Shown here piece by piece: positions 47,992 to 61,115 of a stretch of DNA of 64,000 bases. This DNA comes from Amoebophrya sp. A120 (Eukaryota; Protista; Dinoflagellata). The DNA is taken from the NCBI GenBank assembly GCA_905178155.1, contig CAJINV010000010.1, positions 1,087,486 to 1,151,485 of the forward strand, read 5' to 3'. How positions within the stretch are numbered: position 1 is the stretch's first letter; each line of letters begins with the position of its first letter. The notes under the pieces are model-generated. The model searched no databases, was not told the origin of the DNA, and saw nothing but the letters and a program-made list of their open reading frames with translations. A program made the translations under genes and the position numbers.

Positions 47992-49784
47992 AGCATTTGC
48001 GGAGGCACCCGGGGGACACAGAAACGTCGTCTTCTATGAAGACAAGCGATAGCAACAGAACTACTACAACGCCACAACCACGAGAGAGCTGTGCAGCAAA
48101 AGGTCGGGATGGAAATAAAGACGTGGCAATCAACAACAACGACCCAGAAGTCAACAGGAGCACCTCGTCTCTGTCCACTGCCGGTAACAATGTTGCAGGT
48201 GAAAATAAAGAACGCAATCTTCATAGCGAGAAGACCACCAGCAGCACGACTTTGGTGTCGTCCTATCAACATCAAAATTTTATTTCCACCTCTGGCGAGC
48301 AACCAGCACAGAAGATTATGGCACCGCCAGGAGGTCCTCCTGGAGTAGATGCGGCAAATAGAACATCTTCCAAACTACACGAGGGTGAGCTTGCGGAAGA
48401 ACCTCCAGCAGTGGTGGACCTTTTTCCCGATGTGCAGACGGTGATTGCGTGCATGAAAACCATCTGCGTCAAGAACCCCGAGGTGTTTTCGTTTTGCGAG
48501 TTCGATTTTGAGCGTGTTCGAAATGAGGACCACAGCTGCGGTCGGCACGAAGAAGTGGGGAACAAGGTGGCCACGTCGGAAAGTACTAGAATTAGTAGTG
48601 CATCACACTGCTCCGGAACGCCATCGATTCCCCGCAATGCGATTTTGAAGGTCAGAACCGGTTGAGGTGTTGGAGGTGGTGGTCGGAAACAATTGTATTA
48701 TGTCAGCGAGTGGTCAGTGGCGCAACAGCTACTTTTAGTCGATGGGACCATCGGTTGTTGAGTAGTTCTTAGCTCTCAACAGAAAGTGCTCCTGCACTGA
48801 GCCTGAGCCTTGTTTCAGCTGTACTAGTCTAGCAGCAGCTTGTCACAAACTATACAGGGACGTATTTCATCATCTACTTTGCGGCCATTCATAGTGGAAA
48901 AAATGAATTTCAGAAGTCGTTCTCGCCGTCCTGCTTTCACTATCAGGTGATGAGTTACTTCATTATTTTGCTCGGGTGAAGAGCGCGATATTAAATGTTC
49001 TTCACGTAGCTGCTACTCGGTCATCGATCGGACATCTTCTATCGGTTGCACAGCGCACAACAACTCCAACTGCAACTCTAGAAGTAGCCCCATGTCGGTG
49101 ATAAGATCTTCGCGTCATAATTACAAATAAAGTCAAAGCAGCATCTGTTTCAAGCAGGAGCATCATCTGCAAGAAGAAGAACGGAACAGCAGCGCTGTGT
49201 GCACGCTCATGATCAACACGATTTCTGGTGTCTCGAAGTACTATTTGTATCGCATTGGCATTCGGTTTTATTTCTTTTTGACATTCGCATCAGCTCGGTT
49301 GATGTTTTTCATGACACGACTTGTTTAAATCGCCACTTGGCCCTTGGTGTGGCCGTAGCGGGCTTAGTAAAGATGGAGGAGGCATTTTTGCGGTAAGTTT
49401 GTTGTCGGTTTATCAAATATATTTGCTCGGTCGTGATGAATATGGTGATATTCTTGCAGTGAGTCTGTATGAACACCAAAATCGGTCTTTGTCATAGTTT
49501 CTCTTTATTTTAGTAAGTACTGTAGTACAGAATTTGAATTTCTAGAGCTATCTAGGTGTCTTCCACATTTCAGTCATTTATTAAACAATCGAACTACGCA
49601 CCGTAACGCCACCAGGATTCTACGCACACCGCTTAGCCTCGGCCATGACTTTCTTTGCTTGATTCATTTTCGATTTACCATCCAAATCCATTTTCTTTTT
49701 CAGTTTTCATTTGACAATTTGTACTTCGTGATTTTCATTCTGATTCTGATTCTGGTTACTTACTTTTTTTACAGGAGAAGCAAG

Positions 49785-52700
49785 ATGTTGCGTCAACATC
49801 CAGCTGCAGCGCCAAGCAGCATGATGAAAGAACCGGTTGTGGGTCATCAAAATCTTTTGCGTAGAAATAATTTCGGGGCCGCGTACTGCTACCTAGCGCT
49901 TCTAGGTGGATCATTTTACCGGGCCACAGCTTATCCACAGTAAATTTCCTGTACACGTACAAATGCTGTCTCTACATGACAAAATTTGCCTTCAGTCCTA
50001 GTCTAGCATGACAAGTTGTACACTGCAAGTTAGTAAAATTTGTCATGCATTTTGTACAACATGTACGGGAAATTTACATTGCATACAGCTGTCGTGATGA
50101 TGACGGGCAGCAGGAGTACAAATTCGAAACATATGGCAACGGCAAGTACTTTTTTTCAAAAAACTTTTTTTTTTGGCTACATATGAATCACCGGCCGTGG
50201 CGAGTAAATAGCTTTTTCCTAGCAAAAATCGAGTGCATGGCAACAATGTCAGCACTGGCATACTGAGTTCGTTAGCCTAAAGCCAGAGAGATGGCTGCAT
50301 TGGTGGCGCACTGTCTCACGGGTTCGGGTCCGTTATGTCCGGCGTACATGTTGGACGGCCAGCCCCTGCACTGCTGCTGCTTCAATGAAAGAAAAGCGCA
50401 GCCAGCCCGAGACCGGATGTGCTGCGCGTTGAAGTCAGTGGAGGGCCCACGCCTCAACAGGCGAAACAGACGGCGCGCACGGCTTTCGAAAAATTCCGAG
50501 CCGTGCGCGGCACTGCCGAAGACATTGATGCCGCGGCCGCAAATCTCTTTCGGAGCTGGGTCGCGGGAGGTGGTTCTTCGCCTTCGGCGGATTTTCCTGG
50601 AAAGTGACAGAACTCCTTGTGAAGCCGCACACCGAAATCCTTTTTGGGGCCCCCCGGAAGGCCCCCCAAACCCCCCCTCCTTTTGGGCCTTGGAAGACAG
50701 CTACTCCCCCTTGATATCCCCACGAAGGAGGGTCCCCCAAACCCCCCCTCAAGGGGGGGGCCCGGCCCCCCTTTTCGTTTCCGCAAGTTTGCTGCTTTTG
50801 GCGAGCTGCGTCCTTGAAAATGATAACCCGGATTCGGCCCCGAAGGAAAGTAGCACAATGCGGCCGGGAATAGAATCAAAGACAGCAGAGGCGTGAGCCT
50901 CCTCTGTTTTTCTTTCGTAGGGCACTTCGAAAGCTAGGGCGGGCCACGTCTCGTAGCCGTGCTCGTTTGAGATTGCCGCCCTCGAGAGAACCAGTCAGGG
51001 CTGTGGTGACTTATCTTGAGTCCCCTTTCGATACCCCAAAGCCGCGGCGGGGGGCTGGCGTGCTACCTGCCTTGGGGCTAAAGCGTTGAAGACCGAACCC
51101 AAGGTAGCGTCTGCAGCCGGGACGGCCTCCCTTCAGCCTTCGGGCCAGCAAGCTATCACCTAACCCGCGCCGAAGCTTTTCTGCTATTCTACTCTGCGCA
51201 TACCCGCTGGCATGCCTATAAAGTGCCGTGAAATCATATGTAGCAAAAAAAAAAAGTTTTTTTGGAAAGAGTCTTTACAGTGATGATGACGAGCAGCAGG
51301 AGTACAAATTTGAAACAAAAAAGCGTTATGTCTTCAACGGGCGTTAGCATACAGAAGGGTGAATTTGCAGTGAATTTGTATTGCGTGGCATGATGCATGA
51401 ATTAAGGGGCATATGAAGAACACGAGGAGGACGCCAGGCAGTCCGCGTTCCGTGTAGTTGAAAGGCTAGCACTTGCCTGGTGCCATTTGGATGGTGACGC
51501 TCACTGTCAGAGCCTAAAGTAGAGACGCACGTCTTTGCTGCCTGGTGCGTTGCCAAGAAGCAAAGGCGGCCTGTGGCGGTCTCACAATATAACACTGCCT
51601 CTGCGGAGTCCATAGTGGGTCGAGAGGGAGGGGGCCGAAGCCTCAACAGGAGAGGGGCACTGGGTCAACATCTAAGTGGGTAGCTCTCACGGGTTGTGGC
51701 TGGCTCGGCTTGGATGTCTGGAGACATGTTGCAATGGATGCTAGCATCGCCTGCGTTGCTCTGTAGCTCGCATCTTCCCTGCTGTGTTCCTGCCCCATCT
51801 TGTTCGGGTCCTCTAGTTTTCTTCGACGTGATCCCCAGGTCAGAAATTCTCCTGGTGAATTTTGAGGCTTTTTCTTTTTGTTAAACTTTTCTGGAGCTCC
51901 AAAACCCGCAGTTTCTCATGCGCTGCCGGATAGACGCGCCTGCCGGAGAGATCACGCGCCTGCCGGATAGACGCGTCAAAGCTCTCGGCCGGGTCCTTTC
52001 GCCCTTGCTTTCGCGCCTTCGTCTTGCCTAATTGCATGCGCTCCGCGGCCCTTGTTTTTGACGTCTTTGCCGCCGCTGTTGCAGTGCTCTTATGCGAGCA
52101 CAGGAACAAGGCGCAAGGACATGGTCAAAGAACGACGCCCAGGCCATGTCCAGTTGCCCACTGCATAGCCGGCGAGTTCTGCGGTGTGCAGAACGCTCTT
52201 CCCAGAAGGGCAAGAGGGACAATGTCCCGGCGGACTCATCTGCAATTTGTCATGCAAAATTCACTAGAGATTCGCCACGTCTCATGCTAACGCGTGTTAA
52301 AGCTCTAGAAAAAGCGACGTAGAGATGATGACGGGGAGCAGGAGTACAAATTCGAATCAAAAAAGCGACGTAGAGCAGAAAAACCTCATCTCAGCTGGGA
52401 GATCTGGCGCAACTACTTGGAACCACGACCACGGGCGCGCGGATGAAATGGAGGAAACGACTGCGCTTGCGTCAGATAATATTTTGAAAAATAGATCGCA
52501 CGACGAGGTGGGCCCCGCCTCCACTCTGCTCCAGCTGGATAAAAAACTACAGGAAAAGGAGGGGCCCGAAGACGAGGACCAGGCTCGGGAAAATGGAGAA
52601 TTTCGGAGGGCTCCTTCCGCGGCCCCCAAGCGAACGTATGGAGCGACCTATGCCCTCGCCACGTTTGGGCGAGACATGAGCGCCGATCAAGAGGAGCAGG

Positions 52701-55700
52701 CCGCGGGGACAGGAGTATGAATTGCAATTATGTCTGGGTCTCCTGGAAAGATGCAAGGTTTGTCATGCTCTGCTAGCATGATTCTCAGGCTTGTCATGCA
52801 GAGTAGACAAGAACGCTGCAGCATCTCCAAAACTTGTCATGCTTGGCAGCCAATTGAGGCGTGCTCCTCTTTGTCCAACCACCATCACAAGTTTCCAGAC
52901 CCACACATTTTTACACTTGATAAGGAGGGCGACAAGACAACTTCCTTGATGAAAATCAGGAAACCTCCGAGGGCCGCGCGGAACTGTACTCAGCACTGAG
53001 TTTCAATTCCCAAGAAGTAATATCCTGTGCAAAAGTATCGCATTCGTACAAATGCAATACAAATTTCCTCAGCATGAGAAATAAAATCTGTCATGCAGAT
53101 TTACCTTGAGAAAAAAATTTGCAGGACCGCAATTACTACGAGTACGATACTTTTGCACAGGATAAGTAACCTGCCCTTTCGATCGGACGTGGAGCACTGA
53201 CATGAAGCTGGCGTGCGAGGTTCTCCGGGACGTGTATCAATTGCAAATGTTTCTGGGTCTGGAAGGTTGCAACTTATAATGCTGTCTTTGGATTCCAAAA
53301 AAATGAAAACCTGTATTGCATGAGCAGCAACAGGAGTCCAGTTTGTGTTACGAGGAGAAGGCGTTTCGCATGCGGAATAGGCATTAGAAAGCCCTCTAAA
53401 AATCTGTGATGCTAGTAGATCATGCATTACAGGCGTCATGGATCATACAAAATATGGATATGCATGACAAACCTGGCAAACTTCCAGACCCAGACACATT
53501 GGCATTTGATAACGTGTACCACTTTGCAACACACACGGTGCCCACGAGTCTGACTGCAGGTGGGACGACTTCTGCTCCCGGCACCACGAGGGCCGACAAA
53601 AAGCTCGAGACGGCTTCTGTTAACACGTTTGCACGCTCGGGCGCCCAGATAGCCATGGTGCAGGATCTGTTTTCTTTAGATGAAACACTACGCAGTGCCG
53701 GGAATTTCGACCTGAATATGAAGGCAGCCAGCGTGGATGAAAGCATCGGCACCCGGTACGACCAGATTGCGGGGAGTGCGCTGGGCACCCGGACGGACAC
53801 GCTGTACAGTAGTCTGGTAACGCACTACTACGGAGCGCAGGGTGAGTCCGTATCAAAATGAAAAGTCCCCCCTCCCCATATCGAAAGGGGAGTCTGTGAT
53901 GCTGTATTTGCGTACACAAATCAGCTTTGTCTTGCAGCAGAGCACTCCAGGCAGATACAAAGCCCGGAAAGGGTGGCTTGAGGTAGGCACTTAGCGTGGC
54001 AGACGTCTGCCCCATTGGCGCAGCAGCATTACAAACCGCCTACGAAATGCGGCGGAAGCGCTGGCTTTGCTCTCTTGCAAGACATGCTCGATTTGTGACC
54101 ACAAACTGGCATCGCAAATTTTCAAAAGTAGGTGCGTCGCTTCGATATGGGGCGGGGGGATTTTTCCTTACAATAGTCTGCCAGCAGTCTCCAATTGGTC
54201 GGCGAGAACGGGGGGCCCGACCTGCCAGGCGCCGGAATCACGCCGGGCGTTATCAAATGTAAAAATGTCTAGGTCTGGAAGAGGAGAAGTTTGTCATGCA
54301 CATTTTCCATGATCCAGGATGTCTGTGATCTATGCCATAGCATCACAGATTTTTTGAGCGCCTATCGATGCTGATCCTGCATGGCAAATGCCCTCTCCGC
54401 GTAGCCAAATTTGAATCCTTTTGCTGCTCATGCAATACAGATTTTTTTAGCATCCAAATAATGCATCACCATCATCACAAGTTTGGCTCTTCCAGACCCA
54501 GACATTTTTGCATTTGATAGGCGTTTTGTTTGTGCAAAATGTGAAGATCTCGAAGCGCCGCGTGCTGCCCGAGGTATGGGACCTCACTCTCGGAGCATTG
54601 AGACACGCCCACGACCGTATTGGTATTTCCCCCCGATCTTTGAACTCGCCTCCACCACCGCCACCTCCTCCTTCTTTTCTGGACCTGCAAGAGGGACAAA
54701 GTAGAGTGAAAGAAGAGCTGGTGCTGGAGCAGAATACGGCAAGAAATAAAATCGGACTACCAGGATCTACTACTTCAAGGAGTGGTGCCGCTAGCGGCGC
54801 AACTACAGAGACACTACCTGCACTGCTGCCCGTCCAGGCGGGTTGGCGGGTGAACGAGGACTCTCAAGAAAATTACCACCGCTATCGCAGGACAAACGCC
54901 CCGGGTGCCGGTTTTGCAACGCCCCGGGTGCCTACACTAAAAGCCTACCAGGAGGCACTCGCGTTTCCCCCGGAAATTATCCGGCCTTTTCTCGCGACCG
55001 ATATCGTATTGAAAAACGTCCCCGCCGCCCCATAGTTGTATATGCAAACCTGCATGCTGAAAATGTTTGTTTCTCATGCGGGGCCCCATGAGAGGCATTG
55101 TCTGCCCGTGTTTTGGAATTTGTCATTCTCGAATCAGCACGATATACGAGAAGATCTGTGAAGATGCCGCTCCTGAGCTAGCTCAAACAGCACTACGCTA
55201 CGAGTCCAAATTTGTCATGCAAAGCATTGTCATGTTGCAAAACATAAACAGCCAAAGCAAAGCTCGTAGATTTGTCTAGCCGATCCCCATCTTGACTATG
55301 GGGTCGTGGGGACGTTTTTACATAGGATAACCGACCGGATTTCTTTACTCGTCCACAATGCCACTTTACCTGCGCTGCCTATTGTGAGGAAAAACCCCCC
55401 CTCCCCATATCATAATCGAAATTTCCGATGCTGATTTGTGGCGACAAATCAGATTTGTCTTTCAGAAATAAGTGCTTACCGGTATTTTCTAAGCCTGTTC
55501 GGGAGGTATGCAGAAGGCTAGCAATTAGGCATGGCAAACAGGTTTGCAGTAGTCGAAAGCGCATGACTGACTGGCTGTAGAATGCGCCCCAGGGCGCCCA
55601 TTACCCTGTAGACAAGACAGAGGTGATCTGTGACCACAGATCAGCATCACAAGTCTCCTTTTCGATATGGGGAAAGGGGATTTTTCCTTTTGATACTGCC

Positions 55701-58700
55701 CGGGAAGTATTCCAACAACCCTGAGCGAGCGGTGCGGCCCAAGGTGTATCTGCTGCAACAGAATGCTCACGGCTGGGGCATGACGTGGCTACCAGGGCCG
55801 AATGTTGCTGTGGAACGCGACGCCCCCCTTCTCGGTAACGGTTACAATCCGTTACGGTTTACGAACGCCATTACAACGGTTAGGGTAGACAACTTATCAT
55901 TTGTAAAAACGTCCCCGCCCCAGAGTTGAGTTGTAATGCAAATCTGCATGTGCTAAAAAAAAAAATGTTTCTGATGCGGAGACTGATAATGAAAGGCAGT
56001 TTCTGTTGCTGCCTTGCGATTATATCTGCTTCTCACATCCGCATGGTGTTGTAGATTTGTGATGCTGCTTCGCTAGCTAAACGCAACAACATTGCGAACT
56101 GAGTAAATCTCTCATGCGCAGCAGCCAGCGTTGGTTGATTTGTGTAGCAGATTTGCCATCTTGACTCTACTGGGGTGGGGACGGGTTTTGCTCACCATAC
56201 AACTACGTGCAGCCTTACTTTCAGGCGGCGATGTTCGCCCAGCAAGTGGAGGAGCAGGACAAAATCGTGGAGAAATGTGATGAGGAGGAGCGGGCCTGCA
56301 TTGTTGTGATCAATCTACAGGAGGATCTCTTTGTCGGCAAACGCAACCCAGATTTTAAGAAGAAGACCTCGGCTATATCCTGAGGAAAAACGTCCCCACA
56401 CCAGGGTCAAGACGGGAAATCTACTAGACAAATCAACCTACCAGCGCTGCTTGTTCCGCATGACAAGTTTGCCCTCGTAATGTGCTAATCCTGTTCAGCT
56501 ATTTCCGCAGCGTGGTCACAGATCTAGCATATCCCATATCATGCTGGTTCCAGCGTCACAAATTCCAAAAGACGCCGAAGAAAATGCTTCTCATGGGGCT
56601 TCGCATGAGAAACTTTTTTTGGCATGCAGATTGATTAGCATGACAACTGTTGGGTGGGGACGTTATTTTTCCTCAGGATAAGCTAATAGTACAGAACCAG
56701 AAGAGCAGGAGTATCTCGACGTGAAGCCTGTCCCGGGTGCCTACTGGACCGCGATGCTGCAGCTAGACCGGCTGGACGGCTGGAAAAGCATGTCGGACCC
56801 GCAGAAGTCCTACTACAAGCTTCCGGGAACACTCCACAGTCAGGTACCCAAAGAAAAACTGATTGTAGTACGTGTAACTTTTATTATTTTGGCGGAGCTG
56901 CTGCTGCATTGATTACAACTACAAGTCTGTCTGGCATGATGACAGCAAACACCTGTCTTCATGCGCAGATAGTCCGTGAAACTGAAAACGCGCCCGAATG
57001 GAGTTCCCTGTAATACATGACTAGCATCGTCACAGACGCAATCATCTTATGTGCACCATCACCAGCATCTTCACAGACGCATGACCTACAATCTTTTTTT
57101 GTGGGATATTTGTTGCTATGAAATGCAAAAATGTCTGGGTCTGCAAGAATGCGCGATTTGTCATGCTGCTTTTCCATGACCCATGAGGTCTGGAATGCAG
57201 GACCTAGCATGACAGATTCTGCGAGACCTTTCTCATGCCTGTCCTGCATGAGAAACTCCCTCCCCACTTGGTCAAAAGTGGACGACTTTTGGTAATCATG
57301 CAACACAGATTTTTGCATGCTGCAGATTTAGCATGACAAGTTGCAATGTTCCAGACCCAGACACTTTTACATTTCATAGTTGCTGCGGTCCTACCACGGA
57401 GAAGCGGTGAATGAGATATCAAAATCAAGAATCCCCCCACCCCATACTCACACTGGAAATTTGTGATGCCGATTTGTAACCACAAATCATGTTGTCATGC
57501 TAGAAGGGAACAGATGGGGACTGTAGTGCTGGCTAGCTTGGGAAAGCCTTGCATCTTCTTCAGCATGACAGGAGGCAGCTGGAAGTGGGAAACAGCATGG
57601 CAAATTTCTTCCAAACAAGGCCGCGACTGCGTCTCTTGCCCTTCTAGCAATGCAATCCAATTTGTGTACGCAAATCAAGCATCACAAATTTCCTGTCCGA
57701 TATGGGGAGGGGGGATTTTTCCTCTCAATATGAGACCGCAGTCGGCATACTGCACCCGTATAGTGCAGAGGAGATGCGGAAAATTGTTCAGAAGGCAGAG
57801 GCATTTGTGAAGAACAAGAATCTGCTACAAAAGAACCGTATGCAATGCAAATAAAGTATCGTACTGCACTACAAATTTTCGCCGTATCATGTTGGCATCG
57901 GATGGAATTTGTAATGTTGTTTTGGCTTTTTAGCTAGGAACGCGATTCGTTATGCCTATCTGCAATGAGTAGGGGTACTACGAGTGAGATAGCGATATAG
58001 TAGTACTTTCGCAATGCATAAGCCGCACCGAGGCAGATCGAATTCTTCAGGAAGCCAAGGATAAAAAGAGCGAAGCTCGGTGGTACACGATGACAGTGGA
58101 CGAGGAAAATGGATACGAACTGCTACTGGGAAATTCGGTGTACGTGAAAACCAGCCGAAAATTCCGTGTCAATTGCTTTGACATGGTGATTGACGGGCAG
58201 GGGTTCAATGACCGGTCGGAGGTGGTGTACAAAAATTTTGAAGAGTCGACCATCGGTATACTGCACTGAAAAATTCCCCCTGCTCGTCCCCAAAGAAACG
58301 GAATAAACGAACGAGATCTTTTGTGTAGCTTCATTAAATTTGTGATCACAAGTCACCGAAGATTCATTTAGGCTACAAGGGAAGTAGTAGTAGAGATGTG
58401 AACACCTGTAGTGCTGACTGAGACTGGCGTGGGGAACAAGCCTTGCGCTTTCAGCATGACAGAGAGGAAGCAACTGGAAGCGGACGACAAATTATTGCCT
58501 GCAAACGAGGCAGCTGCAAGTGCATCTCTTGGGCTTCTAGCAATACCAGTCGACCTGTGTTGCAAGTACGCAAATTATCCAGCGTGGACACAAATGTTCT
58601 TTTCGAGGATTATATGGGGAGCAGGGGCAATAACTTTTCTTCCCAATACGGAACGAAGTCTTTCGCGTATGGGGGTATCGAGTGCCGGGTCGACTTGTTT

Positions 58701-60164
58701 CAAGACAGTGAGTCGAGCTCCGCGTCCTGTTGCGGGGGGGACGGCAGCAGTGATTTTGTCGTGCCACAAGAAGACGTCGACAAGCAGCCACAGCAGTCAA
58801 ACGATCTTGGGCCGCCCCTTGACGGGGACGAGAACAAACCGCAAAGGAAAGTGTATGTGCCCGTGTTTCGCACGGGCTCGGCGCATCTGAGCGGCACGGA
58901 GTTCGACGACTTGAAAGAATTCTATGATTGCGTCAGGTTTGAAATCAACAAAGTTGAAATGATTTGTCATGCATAAAATGGATGCCAGTTCTTGGGACCC
59001 AGTTTCTAAGTGGCGCATGACAAATTTTCCGAGTACCGGAATCCAATTTGTCATGCTGTTTGGGCACAGACGGCTGCTTTTGTTATGCTCCTTTAGCAGC
59101 TCTACTTCAAACCCTAAACAGGCTGACACGCGGCCTCACTTGCCATCCCGGCAAGACAGGCACTTCATGCCTTGCATTTTATGCATGACAAATCATTTCA
59201 ACTTTGACGATTTCAAACCTGACGCTTCCATAAATTCTTGCAGTTGGCCGTGGAGGGACAAACCCTGGATGGGCAGAGAACCGAAAATATCATATGTAAA
59301 AACGTCCCCACCCCATAGTCAAGTTGGGGTCCTAGCAAGACAAATCCACAAGCTTTGGAAGCCACGCATGAGAAGTTGCAGTCCGTAGTGTAGGTGTAGT
59401 GCATGTTAGCAAGGACAACCGCATCACAAATCCATCTGTTTATCCTGTTTACAGCATTACAAATTCCAAAACGCGATTGGAAATGCCTCTCATGGAGATG
59501 CGCATTACAAATCTTCCTGTAGTCGCAAATCTGCACGACAACTATGGGGTGGGGATGTTTTTACTCAGGATAGAAAACCGCACCAAAACTTTGTATGAGG
59601 AAGAGAAGGACTCGCTGCTGCTTCCCTACATCCAGATAGACACTACGATGACGGCGCCGCCGCTCTGGACAAATTTTGTTGCGCGCTTACGTGTATGCAA
59701 TGCAAAAACATCGTATTAGTACAAATTGCATCACAAATTCCGGCAAGAACAGAACTGGAATTTGTAATGCTGTTTCAGGCTTAGAAAGAGATGTGCATGA
59801 ATGTAATTTAATATACGAGTACGATACTTTTGCACAGGATAACGTGAGAAGCGGAGGACTTACGCGGGCGGTGCATATCGCAAGAAAAAACTGTTTCACT
59901 GTGAACTTGTGATGCACAGAAGGCAACATCACAGAACTATTTGTCTTGCTCCACCTGCAAGACCTCGACTCTTTGACGGTGTTTTCCCTTTGGAAGCGCG
60001 CATGGCAAATTTTCTGTGTCATGTGTAAGATGAAACTTGTGATGCAGATCTTGCAAAATCATCACAGTGAACAAACAGTTCTTTCGTGGGATAGTGCACC
60101 CTTGGACCCTAGTGTTTTGGAGCAAGGCAAACTGATGCGCAGCGTTTTGGCAAGGGGGAAAAGG
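49785..60164 (+). CDS. Large hypothetical protein, 5' part (copy 1), with at least 18 introners, two kb-size TIR insertions and one canonical intron
   Basis: Continuous frame on element removal: MLRQHP...YCYLALLGGSFYRATAVV MMTGSRSTNS...CPFDRTWSTDMKLACEVLRDVYHF...GVLFVQNVKIS...KFRVNCFDMVIDGQG...GKLMRSVLARGK; no family recognised. Confidence 0.72.
49932..50085. mobile_element. Introner family J
   Basis: DR CAGCT/CAGCT. Confidence 0.9.
50131..51279. mobile_element. 1.15-kb TIR element inserted in coding repeat
   Basis: ~55-bp imperfect TIRs (CAAAAAACTTTTTTTTTGGCTACATATGA / TCATATGTAGCAAAAAAAAAAAGTTTTTTTGG); exact ends uncertain. Confidence 0.7.
51327..52307. mobile_element. ~1-kb TIR element with TA ends inserted in coding repeat
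   Basis: TATGTCTTCAACGGGCGTTAGCAT...AGTGAATTT / AAATTCACT...ATGCTAACGCGTGTTAAAGCTCTA; flanks both contain AAAAAGCG; exact ends uncertain. Confidence 0.65.
52716..52922. mobile_element. Introner family A
   Basis: DR AGGAG/AGGAG. Confidence 0.9.
53021..53164. mobile_element. Introner family B
   Basis: DR AGTAA/AGTAA. Confidence 0.9.
53235..53511. mobile_element. Introner family A
   Basis: DR ACGTG/ACGTG. Confidence 0.9.
53851..54175. mobile_element. Introner family I
   Basis: DR GTCCG/GTCTG. Confidence 0.88.
54251..54519. mobile_element. Introner family A
   Basis: DR GGCGT/GGCGT. Confidence 0.9.
55002..55329. mobile_element. Introner family C
   Basis: DR ACCGA/ACCGA. Confidence 0.9.
55380..55695. 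mobile_element. Introner family I
   Basis: DR CTGCC/CTGCC. Confidence 0.9.
55895..56199. mobile_element. Introner family C
   Basis: DR CAACT/CAACT. Confidence 0.88.
56376..56680. mobile_element. Introner family C
   Basis: DR GGCTA/AGCTA. Confidence 0.88.
56844..57076 (+). other. Canonical GT-AG intron
   Basis: CAG|GTACCC...TCACAG|ACG; phase-0 join TLHSQ-THDLQSFFVGYLLL is in frame. Confidence 0.7.
57117..57378. mobile_element. Introner family A
   Basis: DR GTTGC/GTTGC. Confidence 0.9.
57417..57730. mobile_element. Introner family I
   Basis: DR TGAGA/TGAGA. Confidence 0.9.
57839..58020. mobile_element. Introner family B (diverged)
   Basis: DR AACCG/AGCCG. Confidence 0.82.
58259..58648. 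mobile_element. Introner family I (diverged)
   Basis: DR CGGTA/CGGAA; frame restored. Confidence 0.78.
58923..59232. mobile_element. Introner family H (opposite orientation to 16391-16700)
   Basis: DR AATTC/AATTC. Confidence 0.9.
59288..59572. mobile_element. Introner family C
   Basis: DR GAAAA/GAAAA. Confidence 0.9.
59694..59841. mobile_element. Introner family B
   Basis: DR ACGTG/ACGTG. Confidence 0.9.
59876..60093. mobile_element. Introner family G (opposite orientation to 27675-27882)
   Basis: DR GTGCA/GTGCA. Confidence 0.9.
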
Positions 60165-60455
60165 TATGGAATTGCAAACATCGATCTGGGTTTAGATGTG
60201 TCAATCGGAAGGTGCGTTTGGATTCCAAAAAAAACTGTATTTTTGCATCCGCAGCAAAGGGAATGGAATTTTTGCTACGTCGCGGAGAGGGTATTTTTTG
60301 TCATGCGGAATAGGCAACATCAGGAAGCCCTGAAAAATAAAAAATCTGTAATGCTAGGGCATGCATCACAGAGGACGTCATGGCTCATGCAAAAGAACGT
60401 GCGTGACAAGCCTTAGAATCTTCCAGACATCATCCAGGGATATTTGCAATTGATA
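60165..60455. mobile_element. Chimeric family A introner (left end matches the 61145 element, right end matches the 63178 element)
   Basis: Flanks AAAGG and GCTGC do not match each other, but each matches a different element in copy 2; switch point ~60217. Confidence 0.8.
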
Positions 60456-60985
60456 GCTGCGTGAAGCACACTATGAACTGCAAAAGTATCGTACTCGTAT
60501 AAATGCATGACAAATTGTTCCCCCAGCATGAGAATTCAATTAAGATTTGTAATGCGGATTTACCTTGAGAAAAAAATTTGTAATGCAAGACTTGCATTTA
60601 TACGAATACGATACTTTTGCACAGGATACACACAATGCTGAAGTTTGGGACCGCTTTCCAGCAGTATCAAATGTAAAAATGTCTGGGTCTGGAAGGATGC
60701 AGAGATTTGAGATGCAGCTTTGGCATGAACCCTGATGTCTGTGATGCATACCCTAGCATCACAGATTTTTTGAGGGCTTCATGATGCCTATACCGCATGA
60801 GAAATGCCCTCTCGCCGTCGCAAAAACTGCAACTCTTTTGCTGTTCATGCAATACAGATTTTTGTAGAATCCAAATGCAGCATCACAAGTTGCATCCTTC
60901 CAGACCCAGACATTTTTGCAATCCATAAGCAGAGTACTTGGACCAGTTGGAAGCAGAAGCCAACGGCGAGCTCTAGTAGTACGAA
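60217..60985 (+). repeat. Near-identical duplicate of 63233-64000 (gene 3' end, including introners 60472-60628 and 60665-60927)
   Basis: Colinear sequence with a few substitutions and indels; stop at 60974-60976; assembly N at 61058. Confidence 0.9.
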
Positions 60986-61115
60986 ATTAATTTATTAAAG
61001 CCCAAAAGGACAAGCTGCAACCGCATTGCGTTGTACATCATCGCGTCACATTCAGAANTTTAAGCATGCAGAGTTGCATGACAACTATGGTGTGGGTACG
61101 TTTTTACTTAGGATA

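Larger units (their letters stand above)
47036..48665 (+). pseudogene. Probable decayed gene with two introners
   Basis: Protein-like segments (TLYAILDSWSVWDV, MEQADQIFEMIFRKCLSIC, DLFPDVQTVIACMKTICVKNPEVF) lie in different frames; 22-bp tandem duplication at 47481-47524. Confidence 0.35.
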
